NCBI GenBank assembly: GCA_964384785.1
Contig: CAYLLH010000112.1
Span: forward strand, 1 to 63,029
Length of the DNA stretch: 63,029 nt
Direction of reading: 5' to 3'
Source: an uncultured Thermoplasmatales archaeon
GTDB lineage: Archaea > Thermoplasmatota > E2 > DHVEG-1
Shown: piece after piece, positions 25,813 to 35,600 of the stretch
Numbering within the stretch: the first letter of the stretch is position 1
How the letters are laid out: the number at the start of each line of letters is the position of its first letter
Position numbers and translations under genes: made by a program
Notes under the pieces: generated by a model
What the model was told of the DNA's origin: nothing
Database searches by the model: none
Seen by the model: only the letters and a program-made list of their open reading frames with translations

Positions 25813-27450
25813 ATGGAATCAGATAATATAAAGAAAGACAGTTATGAAGAAATGTACAAAAACTGGGAATGGAATATTCCTGAGTATTATAATTTTGGTT
25901 TTGATGCTGTAGATGACTGGGCGGAAAAAGAACCTGAGAAAACAGCTCTTATATCCATTCATAAAGATGGAGTAACTGATACCAAACACAGTTTTAAAGA
26001 TCTTAAAGAAAAAACAAACAAATTTGCAAATGTTCTCCGAAATATAGGTGTAAAAAAAGGCGATCGAGTTCTAATTGTTCTTCAAAGTATACCTGAATGG
26101 TATGAAGCTATGATTGGTATGATCAAACTTGGTGTTATTCCTATGCCAGGTACTGTTCTTCTAAGAGAAAAAAACATAAAATATCGAATAAACAGGTCTG
26201 AAGCAAACATGGTTATTACTGATTTAGATCACACAGAGATTGTTGAAAAAATCAAAGATGAATGCCCTACTCTAAAACATTTCATGTGCGTTCGTGATAA
26301 AAAAAATGGATGGCTTAGTTTTGAAGAAGAAATGGAAAAAGCATCAAATGAACTTAATCGAGATGATATAGAGAAAACCAAATCAGATGATCCAATGCTG
26401 ATATATTTCACATCAGGTACCACAGGTAACCCAAAAATGGTTCTTCACACTCATAAATACCCTTTGGGTCATGAGGTAACTGCTCGTTTCTGTCAGGATT
26501 TAAATGAAAACGATGTACATCTTACAGTATCTGAAACAGGTTGGGCAAAAGCAGCATGGGGAAAACTATTTGGACAGATGATAGTAGGAGCAACAATTCT
26601 TCAAGCTGAAACACCAGGTCGATTTGATGCAGATTTCATGCTAAAAAGTATGGAAAAATATGGAGTAACCACTTTTTGTGCACCACCAACAGTTTATCGT
26701 ATGCTAATCCAAGAAGATCTTTCGAAATATAATCTTAAACTACGTCATTCGATGAGCGCGGGTGAACCACTCAACCCAGAAGTTATCAATAAATGGAAAC
26801 AAGCATTTGGTAACAAAATACATGATTTCTATGGTCAAACAGAAACCGTGTGTTTAGTTTCAAACTATCCATGTATGCCTATTAAACCAGGTTCAATGGG
26901 TAAACCATCACCAGGTCATGATGTACGTATAGTTGATAACGAGGGAAACGAAGTAGATACCAACAAGGTTGGAAACATCGCTGTTAATGTTGGAGATAAA
27001 CGACCACCAGGCCTTTTCCAGGAATACTGGAAGGATGAAGATAAAATGGAAAATAGTTTCACTGGTGATTATTATTTTACTGGTGATCAAGCCTACAAAG
27101 ATGATGACGGTTATTTATGGTTTGTAGGAAGAGATGATGATGTCATCAAATCTTCAGGATATCGTATAGGTCCATTTGAAGTCGAATCAGCATTGGTTGA
27201 ACATGATGCCGTTGCGGAAGCAGCAGTAGTTGGTGTTCCAGATCCAGAAGGAGTACGTGGTATACTAGTAAAAGCATTTGTAGTATTAACAAAAGACTAC
27301 GAGCCATCTGATGAACTAACTAAAGAACTACAAGAACATGTTAAAAATGTTACAGCTCCATACAAATACCCAAGACTTATTAGTTACAAAAAAGAACTAC
27401 CGAAAACTATTTCTGGTAAAATACTTCGTAGAAAACTAAGAGAAGAATAA
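25813..27450 (+). CDS. AMP-forming acyl-CoA synthetase (medium-chain/acetyl-CoA-synthetase-like)
   Basis: 545 aa. 'YFTSGTTGNPKMV', 'YGQTE', 'GDQAYKDDDGYLWFVGRDDDVIKSSGYRIGPFEVE', 'PKTISGKILRRKLRE'. AGGGAGGT Shine-Dalgarno site. Confidence 0.9.
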   Translation: MESDNIKKDSYEEMYKNWEWNIPEYYNFGFDAVDDWAEKEPEKTALISIHKDGVTDTKHSFKDLKEKTNKFANVLRNIGVKKGDRVLIVLQSIPEWYEAMIGMIKLGVIPMPGTVLLREKNIKYRINRSEANMVITDLDHTEIVEKIKDECPTLKHFMCVRDKKNGWLSFEEEMEKASNELNRDDIEKTKSDDPMLIYFTSGTTGNPKMVLHTHKYPLGHEVTARFCQDLNENDVHLTVSETGWAKAAWGKLFGQMIVGATILQAETPGRFDADFMLKSMEKYGVTTFCAPPTVYRMLIQEDLSKYNLKLRHSMSAGEPLNPEVINKWKQAFGNKIHDFYGQTETVCLVSNYPCMPIKPGSMGKPSPGHDVRIVDNEGNEVDTNKVGNIAVNVGDKRPPGLFQEYWKDEDKMENSFTGDYYFTGDQAYKDDDGYLWFVGRDDDVIKSSGYRIGPFEVESALVEHDAVAEAAVVGVPDPEGVRGILVKAFVVLTKDYEPSDELTKELQEHVKNVTAPYKYPRLISYKKELPKTISGKILRRKLREE

Positions 27451-27460
27451 AAAAATCATT

Positions 27461-27763
27461 TTATTCTTTTTCTTCTTTTTTTTCATCGTTTTCAACAAAT
27501 TCTTCATCAAAATCATAATTCTGAGTACATTGATTCTTGATATCTTTTAATTTAAGATTTAAAAAGTAATCACTTGAGATAAACAAATTATGTTTAAGAT
27601 TACCATTTTTGAATTCTTCACTGAACTCATTTTTTACTTGATCGATAATAGATTTCGCAGTTTTATTTATGACAAGATCAACAAATTCTTTAAGGTCAAC
27701 CTCAGTTTCAGAGCTTCTTTTGTTATACCACTCTAAAGCTTCTTCGAATATCTTGTCTTTCAT
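27461..27763 (-). CDS. Acidic hypothetical protein
   Basis: 100 aa counted from ATG 27763, which follows GGAGGAGTGA by 6 nt (the track start 27784 is further upstream). Confidence 0.5.
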   Translation of the reverse strand: MKDKIFEEALEWYNKRSSETEVDLKEFVDLVINKTAKSIIDQVKNEFSEEFKNGNLKHNLFISSDYFLNLKLKDIKNQCTQNYDFDEEFVENDEKKEEKE

Positions 27764-27869
27764 CCCATTCACTCCTCCTATCAATTAAACAGATAGCTAT
27801 CTCTGCTTTTAATAGATAAAATAACAGTTATTAAACATTTCTTTCGCTGGATGTCGAAAAAAAGAATTT

Positions 27870-28724
27870 TTAGTTTTCTTTAATAATCACTGAATCTGTA
27901 TCAATATTTGATAGATAACAAGAACAATTATTATCTGGAAGATTCCAGGTTTGATTTGTATCATATGGTATAACATTTGCATTAAAACTAACTGTTTTAC
28001 CTTGATTGCTGCTAAAATCAAAACTGTTATCAGAAAGATTTATCGGAACAATGCTTTGATCAGAAAGTGTTAAATTCAACCAATCTGTAAAATCATCAGA
28101 GGATACTATGCCTGTAACGTTTACTTTTTGATAATAATATTTTATGATTTCTTCTGAACTGTTAACATTGTAAATTTTTCTTTGATAAACATAATTATTA
28201 TCTGAGGCTGTATTAGTAAGAGTTAGAGTATTGTTATCATTTGAAAACATGTATGTATATGTATAATTTGTTCCATTGTCAAAAAGTGTGATTTTTTGTT
28301 TTTCAGAATCAATATCAATTTCTCCTTCAAGTATAGTCATATTATCTTCTGGTGAAGGGTTACGGTAACTGGGAAGTAATGGTTCAGAATCTTCTGAATC
28401 CCCTGGCGTGTTCTGATTTTCATCATCTATTTTACTTACTTTATCATCTAAACAATAAGATAAATAAGTTTCTTTGTTTGTAATATTTAAGAAATCATCA
28501 GATCTTTCCCATGTTCCATAAAAACGCAGATCCGTTATGGGATCATTTTTTTCCGTATTATCCTCATCTGATTCATCATTTGAACCTATTAATTGTTTAT
28601 CGTTTATATTTAAAGATGGAGGATTATCTTCAAATGGATTCTGAATAATTAGTATACTAATACTTCCTGCAGCTATCATTGTTATTATTGCTAATGATGC
28701 TAACAATTTTGTTACAATCCTCAT
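27870..28724 (-). CDS. N-terminally anchored extracellular protein, rich in N-x-S/T sequons
   Basis: 284 aa. 'LLASLAIITMIAAGSISILII' anchor and many NxS/T sites ('NITN','NGTN','NVTG','NLTL','NLSD'). Confidence 0.6.
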   Translation of the reverse strand: MRIVTKLLASLAIITMIAAGSISILIIQNPFEDNPPSLNINDKQLIGSNDESDEDNTEKNDPITDLRFYGTWERSDDFLNITNKETYLSYCLDDKVSKIDDENQNTPGDSEDSEPLLPSYRNPSPEDNMTILEGEIDIDSEKQKITLFDNGTNYTYTYMFSNDNNTLTLTNTASDNNYVYQRKIYNVNSSEEIIKYYYQKVNVTGIVSSDDFTDWLNLTLSDQSIVPINLSDNSFDFSSNQGKTVSFNANVIPYDTNQTWNLPDNNCSCYLSNIDTDSVIIKEN

Positions 28725-29005
28725 ATTTTTCTTTAACCCTATTTTTTTTTATATGTTTTTTAAGTAAATCTTTTTTATGTAGTATAAATCTATTTCTCTT
28801 TTTGTGTTGGTTAAACAATTTTTTTTAGACATTTTTTTTTCTATTTATTTATTATTAGTTGTTTTAGTATTTAAAAACCTTGAAATCGTTTGGTAATTTC
28901 CAAACAGTGTGCCCTTTTTTTCATTAGGATATAATTATACAATAAGTTTTATATATTTTGAAAATTAAATAATACTCAGAAGTGTACAGGAGACAAAAAA
29001 ACATC

Positions 29006-29242
29006 ATGAAAGAAAAACAAACACAACAAAGCCTGGGGCGACTAAGATACCTCTTACTAATAGTCAGCGCATGGTGTATGGGAATAGGACTAAGATTTAT
29101 AATGATGAACGTTGGATCCGAAATATATGTAAACGGATGGTTCGATAAGATATTTGACTGGGGGATACTCTTCACATTAGGAGTAATAGTATTCTCAATC
29201 TGCATCTATGACTATATAACTCAAAGAAACCCATTAAAATAA
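29006..29242 (+). CDS. Small two-TM membrane protein
   Basis: 78 aa from ATG 29006, with AGGAG 12 nt upstream. Two hydrophobic helices. Confidence 0.45.
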   Translation: MKEKQTQQSLGRLRYLLLIVSAWCMGIGLRFIMMNVGSEIYVNGWFDKIFDWGILFTLGVIVFSICIYDYITQRNPLK

Positions 29243-29384
29243 GTAAAATATAAATAAACAATTCTTTTTTTCATTTACTACTCAACAATACCAGCTATAT
29301 GGAAAGAAGTAATATAAAAAAACTTAAAGAAATAGAAATTCTTGATAAAAAATCTAAAAAATACAAATTTAGATTCATATTCCA

Positions 29385-29837
29385 ATGTATACGAGCAACA
29401 CTAACAATACTACAACTCTTCTTTTTCTTGATATACTAACAGAAACAGCAATAATAACCTCATTAGGAGCCTCAGCTATGATAACATTTACTATGCCATA
29501 TAAATACACAGCAGATGTAAGAAGGTTAATAGGCGGTTATCTTGTAGGAATAATAATAGGTTTTATATTTTACTTAATAACAACAGCTGTATCTACAGAG
29601 AAAATAATACCAACCAATCACACATTACCCTTAATACTGTTAGCAGCAACATCAGTTGGAGTATCAATATTTATAATGACTATGCTGAACACAGAACATG
29701 CTCCAGCAGCAGGAGTAGCACTGGGTCTAGTAATCCAAGAATGGACAATAATAACAATAATATTTATTATAGCTTCAATTATTTGGATGACCTTAATTAA
29801 AAATCTTCTAAAAAACTGGATGATAGATCTTACATAG
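29385..29837 (+). CDS. HPP-family membrane protein (N-terminus possibly lost to a T-tract frameshift)
   Basis: 'SLGASAMITFTMP...RRLIGGYLVGIIIG' and 'TEHAPAAGVAL' resemble the HPP family 'GASAvLlF' and 'HPPgGAtAL' blocks. The upstream ORF 29299..29439 in another frame looks like the missing N-terminus. Confidence 0.55.
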   Translation: MYTSNTNNTTTLLFLDILTETAIITSLGASAMITFTMPYKYTADVRRLIGGYLVGIIIGFIFYLITTAVSTEKIIPTNHTLPLILLAATSVGVSIFIMTMLNTEHAPAAGVALGLVIQEWTIITIIFIIASIIWMTLIKNLLKNWMIDLT

Positions 29838-29857
29838 AAAAAGTAACTAAATCAACA

Positions 29858-29893
29858 ATTTGGGGGGTCTTTTCTCTATAAGGTTTATATATC
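29858..29893 (+). promoter_or_regulatory. Degenerate copy of the secretome promoter module upstream of the wHTH regulator
   Basis: 'TTTGGGGGGTCTTTTCTCTATAAGGTTTATATAT'. TGGGGG replaces TGAGGA and the spacing to TCTATAA is 14 nt rather than 13. Confidence 0.35.
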
Positions 29894-29944
29894 ATAAAAA
29901 ACAACATTTATAATAAGAACAAATAAAAAAAGCTGTAGTTGCTT

Positions 29945-30574
29945 ATGTTTGATGAAAAAATATTTGAACTAAAAGCCCGAAAAAAAATCTATGAATTCAT
30001 CATGGAAAACCCAGGTTTACATTTTAGAGAAATAGCAAGAAATCTAAACATACCAAACTCCACCTTAAGATATCACTTAAATTACCTAAAAAAAAGAGGT
30101 TTTCTAACACATGAATTCGAAAACGGCTATTCTAGATATTATATAGTTCAAAATGTAAGTAAAGACGATAAAAGAATAATAAACATTCTTAGAGAGGCAG
30201 TTCCCAGAAATATAATTCTTTATCTAACACTTTATCCATATTCCTCTCAGACAGATATAAAAAAATTTGTAAAAAAATGGCGTCAGCATCCATCAAAAAT
30301 AGGTTTCTATCTTGACAAACATCACACAACATTAGGTTTTCATCTAAAAAAATTAATAGATGAAGAAATCATAGAATCCTTTGATGAAGGATCAGAAATA
30401 AAATATACTTTAAAAAAACCTGAAGAAATCGTAGATCTTCTAATAAGATATGATAAAACACTTTTAGAAGAAGCATATGGCAGGGTTCTTAAATGGATAG
30501 AAAACCCTGATGACAAAATTGATGCAGTAATCGATTTATTATTTGATATTTTTCCATTACATTTTAGATGTTAA
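29945..30574 (+). CDS. Double winged-helix transcriptional regulator (ArsR-like)
   Basis: 'IYEFIMENPGLHFREIARNLNIPNSTLRYHLNYLKKRGFL', plus a second wHTH-like 'TTLGFHLKKLIDEEIIESF'. ATG 29945 (track TTG 29939). Confidence 0.7.
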   Translation: MFDEKIFELKARKKIYEFIMENPGLHFREIARNLNIPNSTLRYHLNYLKKRGFLTHEFENGYSRYYIVQNVSKDDKRIINILREAVPRNIILYLTLYPYSSQTDIKKFVKKWRQHPSKIGFYLDKHHTTLGFHLKKLIDEEIIESFDEGSEIKYTLKKPEEIVDLLIRYDKTLLEEAYGRVLKWIENPDDKIDAVIDLLFDIFPLHFRC

Positions 30575-30618
30575 ATATCAGTTTTTTTTTGAATTTTTCA
30601 TTTTTTGTATTTTTTCCC

Positions 30619-30650
30619 GTGAGGACTATTGGTCTATAAATTTTAAGTAT
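30619..30650 (+). promoter_or_regulatory. Secretome promoter module, copy 1
   Basis: 'TGAGGACTATTGGTCTATAAATTTTAAGTAT'. TGAGGA at 30620 and TCTATAA 13 nt later. ATG 30694 is downstream. Confidence 0.6.
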
Positions 30651-30693
30651 CCTTTAATTTAATTTCTATTATAAAAAAACTATTTTATAAAAA

Positions 30694-32301
30694 ATGGCGA
30701 TAAAAATGAAAAAAAATAATACATTAATACTCGGAGCTATTCTAATAGTAATAATTTTGATTCTATCTGGTACTTTATTATATATAAATTTTAGTGAATC
30801 AGATGAAAAAAAGAAAGATAAAAATGGTGAAGAAATCGATGATCGAATTAGTCCTCTTACCAATCAAGCAATTTTTTTAGAAATCCATAGAATTCGTAAA
30901 AAAGGTATAATCGATCATATGTATAATTCTGGGAATAATATATTTGATGTATCCCCAACTACTTCAAAAATTAAAGAAGTATTTCAAATACTTGATGGAA
31001 TTAGGCCTGGAAAAGGATGGGATAAGAAACCTCAGTTTAGTTATAATGTTGTTTTTGATGAATTCGAATGGCAAGGACGACCTGTTTATAAAAACTGGGA
31101 TACAGGTTATATGAATCAAGAAATTTTTAGAAATGTTGAAGAAGAAACATCTGAGACAACAATATCTTTTCAGATAATAGAAAAAATTCAAACTAAACAA
31201 TTCCTAAGAAAAAATACTGTTGATAAAGAAATGGATGGTTTCCGTGTGACATATGATTATAGAACTGGTAGGTGGTCTGGTGCTGATTCTTTTAATGATA
31301 GTGATGGATATGGTCACTATAATGGTTCAAATTATGAGGTATGGTTTACCATCCGTCAAACGTCAGCTGATGGTGATGACATTCCTTATTGGACTGAGGT
31401 AAATGTACTCGGTACGGATCCAACTGTTGATGATTCTAAACTTGATCCTGATAATGATGGTATTGATACTGAATGGGAATGGAAATGGGGATATGATCCT
31501 ATGGTATGGGATAATCATAGTGTTCTTGACCCTGATCTTGATGGTTTACAAAACAGTGAAGAATATTTTATGAGAGAATGGTTAGCAAATCCATTTCATA
31601 AAGAAATTTATTTAGAGGCAGATTACATGGAACAGACTCCAAAAAAACCATTGAACAAAGATGGTTATGATGGTTGGAAACATGTTTTTTATTTTGAATC
31701 ACAACAAATGATAATGGAAAGATTCAATGAGCATGGTATCACAGTTCATATTGATGATGGAAGAATGGGTGAGGGCGGAGATCTTTTTCCATTTGGACGG
31801 GGAAATCAAGCATATAATCAGGAAGCAGGCCTTGTAGCTGGTTTTTATGATAATGATTTTCCGGATGAAAGAAAAGGAATATTTAGATATATTGTAATAG
31901 CATATGGTGGCGGTTGGTGTCACCCTCAGGATTCTAATCATTACTATGATTGTATGTGCGTACCTCATAACAAAAATTTCTTCAAAAAACAGCTTAATAT
32001 GGCAATAACTGACAGGACAAAAAGGATAGGGCAAGCTATACAGATTTTACATGAAATGGGGCATTCACTAGGGATGCTTTCAGAGTTTGGTGGGGTAGAT
32101 AATGCTTTATCACGTTCAGAAGATCCTGATAATTATCCTTGGCTTGACTATGTAAGTGTTATGAACTACGATTATTTCAGACAAAGATACTTTGATTACT
32201 CTGATGGTTCTAATGGAGAATATGATCGCGATGGCTGGGCGACTATTGATCTGACTTTCTTCCAGACATCTTCTGAGTATATGGAGGGAGTTGGATCATA
32301 A
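30694..32301 (+). CDS. Membrane-anchored zincin-like metalloprotease with Asp-rich calcium-binding-type repeats
   Basis: 535 aa. N-terminal anchor, 'DPDNDGIDTEWE' and 'DPDLDGLQNSEE' (thrombospondin-type-3-like), and HExxH 'ILHEMGHSLG' (HEMGH = 32050-32064). Confidence 0.65.
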   Translation: MAIKMKKNNTLILGAILIVIILILSGTLLYINFSESDEKKKDKNGEEIDDRISPLTNQAIFLEIHRIRKKGIIDHMYNSGNNIFDVSPTTSKIKEVFQILDGIRPGKGWDKKPQFSYNVVFDEFEWQGRPVYKNWDTGYMNQEIFRNVEEETSETTISFQIIEKIQTKQFLRKNTVDKEMDGFRVTYDYRTGRWSGADSFNDSDGYGHYNGSNYEVWFTIRQTSADGDDIPYWTEVNVLGTDPTVDDSKLDPDNDGIDTEWEWKWGYDPMVWDNHSVLDPDLDGLQNSEEYFMREWLANPFHKEIYLEADYMEQTPKKPLNKDGYDGWKHVFYFESQQMIMERFNEHGITVHIDDGRMGEGGDLFPFGRGNQAYNQEAGLVAGFYDNDFPDERKGIFRYIVIAYGGGWCHPQDSNHYYDCMCVPHNKNFFKKQLNMAITDRTKRIGQAIQILHEMGHSLGMLSEFGGVDNALSRSEDPDNYPWLDYVSVMNYDYFRQRYFDYSDGSNGEYDRDGWATIDLTFFQTSSEYMEGVGS

Positions 32302-32316
32302 AAACAATTTTTTTTG

Positions 32317-32350
32317 TTTGAGGAATCATGGTCTATAAAACTTAAATATA
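32317..32350 (+). promoter_or_regulatory. Secretome promoter module, copy 2 (orphan, no ORF behind it)
   Basis: 'TGAGGAATCATGGTCTATAAAACTTAAATAT'. TGAGGA at 32319, exactly 200 bp before copy 3. Confidence 0.55.
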
Positions 32351-32408
32351 AAACAAACAAATAGAGGAATTAGAGCAAATATCTATATCGATCTCTAGGA
32401 AAATGTAT

Positions 32409-32460
32409 GGGGGGGGTGAATTCATGAGTCCCCACCCCTCTTATTTTTTCTTTTTTTATT
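32409..32460 (+). terminator. G/C hairpin plus T-tract
   Basis: GGGGTG (32413-18) pairs with CACCCC (32333+100 = 32433-38) across a 14-nt loop containing GAATTC. It is followed by 'TTATTTTTTCTTTTTTTATTTT'. Confidence 0.35.
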
Positions 32461-32516
32461 TTGAAATTACAAAAATATTAGTAAATTATTTGATAATAAA
32501 AATAAAAATAATTATG

Positions 32517-32550
32517 CTTGAGGAATATCGGTCTATAAACCTTAAATAAT
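32517..32550 (+). promoter_or_regulatory. Secretome promoter module, copy 3
   Basis: 'TGAGGAATATCGGTCTATAAACCTTAAATAA'. TGAGGA at 32519. ATG 32602 is downstream, with GGGGGAT 8 nt before it. Confidence 0.6.
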
Positions 32551-32601
32551 GATATAATTAACATATATTTATAAAACTAATAATTATGGGGGATAAAAAC
32601 A

Positions 32602-35600
32602 ATGAAAACTTATTTTCAAAAATTTAAAAAATTATCAATCACATTTATAATATTAGTATCATTAATAACAACATCCACTTTAGCATTTACAACTGTTGCA
32701 AAAAACCCAAAAGAAAATGAGCAAGGATTCAATAAAGGCTCCTCATATCTACCTGTGAACACTGTTAAAAAAACTACATTAGTCAACTACAATGAAAACA
32801 GTTACCTCGATGACTATGCTTATTTTGCATCAATACCAACCGCTGTTTTTAAAAATAACAACCAACTCTATTCCCATCCTCTTTTATTCTATCAAGATTC
32901 TGTCAAGGATGAAAATAAAATTTTAACCTCTAATGGACGAACTGGTCTAAATTATTTCATGGAAGATTGGGAGAGTGCAAATAATGATGTTTTTGATGAG
33001 ATAACTACAATTAACATACCGACTGGTAAAATAAATCAATGGAATGCAGAAACATACAACACTATCAATAGTGATTCACCTGAAGAAATAGCTGAAAAAA
33101 TAGCTTTACATGACTGGTCCTACTCAGATGAAGCAGTTTTAGCAAACATTAACACAAATTATAATGATAAATCAAAAACTGAAATATCGAATATGATTAA
33201 ATCCTCGATTCAACCTTGTGATGTTAAAAAAATTTCAAAAATGAATTTTGTTCTAAAAAACAGATTAAAACCAGAATTCAATATTTTTCAAATAGATAAT
33301 GATTATAAACATGTTAAAGCAGATGTATATTGGGATATCTTAATTGATTCAAAAAAAATTGGTATGATATCATCTGCAGATCCTGCTGGAAATCCTGATG
33401 TACAATTTTATTCTCCAAAAAATAATGATTGGATACAAACATCTGCAACCTGTTCAGAAACCAAAGGACCATATGGCCATAAATATGCCAATGCTCATAT
33501 TAATGAACCTGGAAAATGGAAAATTAGTATATCAGATATACCCACCCAGGAATTATCATCAAATATTAAACAAAGATTTTCAAATTTTTTACAAAAAAAT
33601 AAGTTAACATATTATGTTGACATCACTATGTATCCTGGTGTAGATATAGAAATACCAGATGTTCCAGAATATAAAAGTCAAAATGCATTTTTTAAGTTAA
33701 AATGGGATGACCCAAAAAAACAATTAGGTTTTTCAATTATTGGACCAAATAAGGAATCTATTTTTACTAAACTTGATGAAACCAAAACTGGAGTTTTAGA
33801 GATAAAACTAAATGAACTACCTGAGATTTTGGATGATAAAAAATACAGTTTATCTGTTTTTAGTAAAAATGATGTCACCGAAGAAATAAGTTTCGAGGTT
33901 GAATATGGATGGGAAACAAAACCTGGTAAAAACCGGGATTCTCTAACCTCTGCCTCAGAGGGAAGTATCTTAGCTAGTCAACTAAATGCACCATTGTTGT
34001 ATGCAAAAAATGGTAAAATATCTGAATCAACAGAAAAAGTACTCTTTAAACTCGGAGTTAAAAAAATCTATCTTGTTGATATCAATAAAAATATAGATGT
34101 TACTGCAAAATATGCTCTACAGGAAAACTTCAATGTTAAATATTATAGTTCCTTAAAAAAAATCTATGATAAAATCCGAGATTTTTCTAAAAATAATGAT
34201 GTGATTTTTTCAACAATTGAATCATGGATTGATTGGGATCCTGAAACCTTGAAACCTAACTATAAAGAATCTTATGGTTTGTCTCTTGGACCTGCAGCTT
34301 TTATCGCCGCACATCACGGAAGCCCTGTTTTAATAATTGAAAATCATCCCGAGCTTTCTTCTGCAGCATTGTATCATAACCAACTCTGGAATCGTTATTC
34401 AACAGATCGAAAATTTCACAGACCTTCAGATCTTGAAATGTATCTGACTGGAACTGCGATCTATGAATTCCTTAAAGAATATGGGTTTGACAAAAATGAT
34501 GAAAAAGAAACAATAATCACTGTGGCTGGACAATATAATATTGGTCCATCCTGGGATCGTATCTTTCCAGGTGTAGCTAACTCTGGGCGATTTTTTGGGA
34601 ATCCTGTTGATATAAGTTATTGGGTTTCAAGAAATATATTCTACCCAATATTAGTTTTTGAAAATCCTGGTGTAGAAGATGAGATTGAGTTAATCAATGG
34701 AAGTAGTAGTTACCGGGATACAGGTCTTAAACTTGGTAATATCAAAAACTTTGTTTTAACAAAAGATGCTTTGATTCAAGGTGGTATTAATTATTTTAGA
34801 AAAACTTCAGATAGTAAAATTGAAGTCTATAAAAACCCGGTTTTGTGTTCATTTTTAGTATATCAGCATAGGTTCAATGAAAGAGCCAGTAAATATTACG
34901 GGGAAAAGTATGTTTGTGCTGATGGAACTGTACCAGGTGAAACAGTTACTGACTATCCAATTGATTCAGATATAATGAAAGTATTTACAGGTTCTGATGA
35001 GATGGTTTTTCCAGATATAACTGAATCTGAAATAATTCCTTTATACCTAAAAAAAGGAGGATTTGATTCTGTGTATTCCACCTCTAAAGAAGCTGTGGTT
35101 GAAAATCTTAATCAAGGTGTTCTTCTGTGGATTCATGGTTCTCATGGAGATGAAAAAGATGGTGGAACGACATTATTCTGGAATCCTCAAGAGGGATTTG
35201 AAAATCGTGATAACTATTTTGTAGCAAAATTACTGTATTTTCATAAATCTTATTTAGATTTACAAAATAATAAAATTGTTAATCTTTTGTCTACCTTTAT
35301 TCCTCAGATAAAAGGGACTTTCAAACTCAGTGAACCAAAAATAGGGGTTTTCCAAGATGATAATCCTTGGAGGGCTTATGAGTGGTATATGGGTTCAACA
35401 GATGAACCAGATACTATGGCGGTTGATATTAAAGGAATGTTGCCTTATACCTCCTTATCTTCTTCTTTGTTTCCTTCTTTAAATATGCCCTATGTCGCGT
35501 CCTATGAGCCATTCAAGGTTTTTCTTAATAATATCATTCCTTTTACCGATCCATTCAATGTTGAAAGTAATTATGATGGAGTAGTTGGCTCCTTTGCACA

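Noticed and set aside
32403-32558. 51-aa ORF 'MYGGGEFMSPHPSYFFFFYFEITKILVNYLIIKIKIIMLEEYRSINLK'
   Set aside because: It has no Shine-Dalgarno site and low-complexity sequence. It runs straight through the T-tract and the next promoter copy. The non-coding interpretation is favoured.
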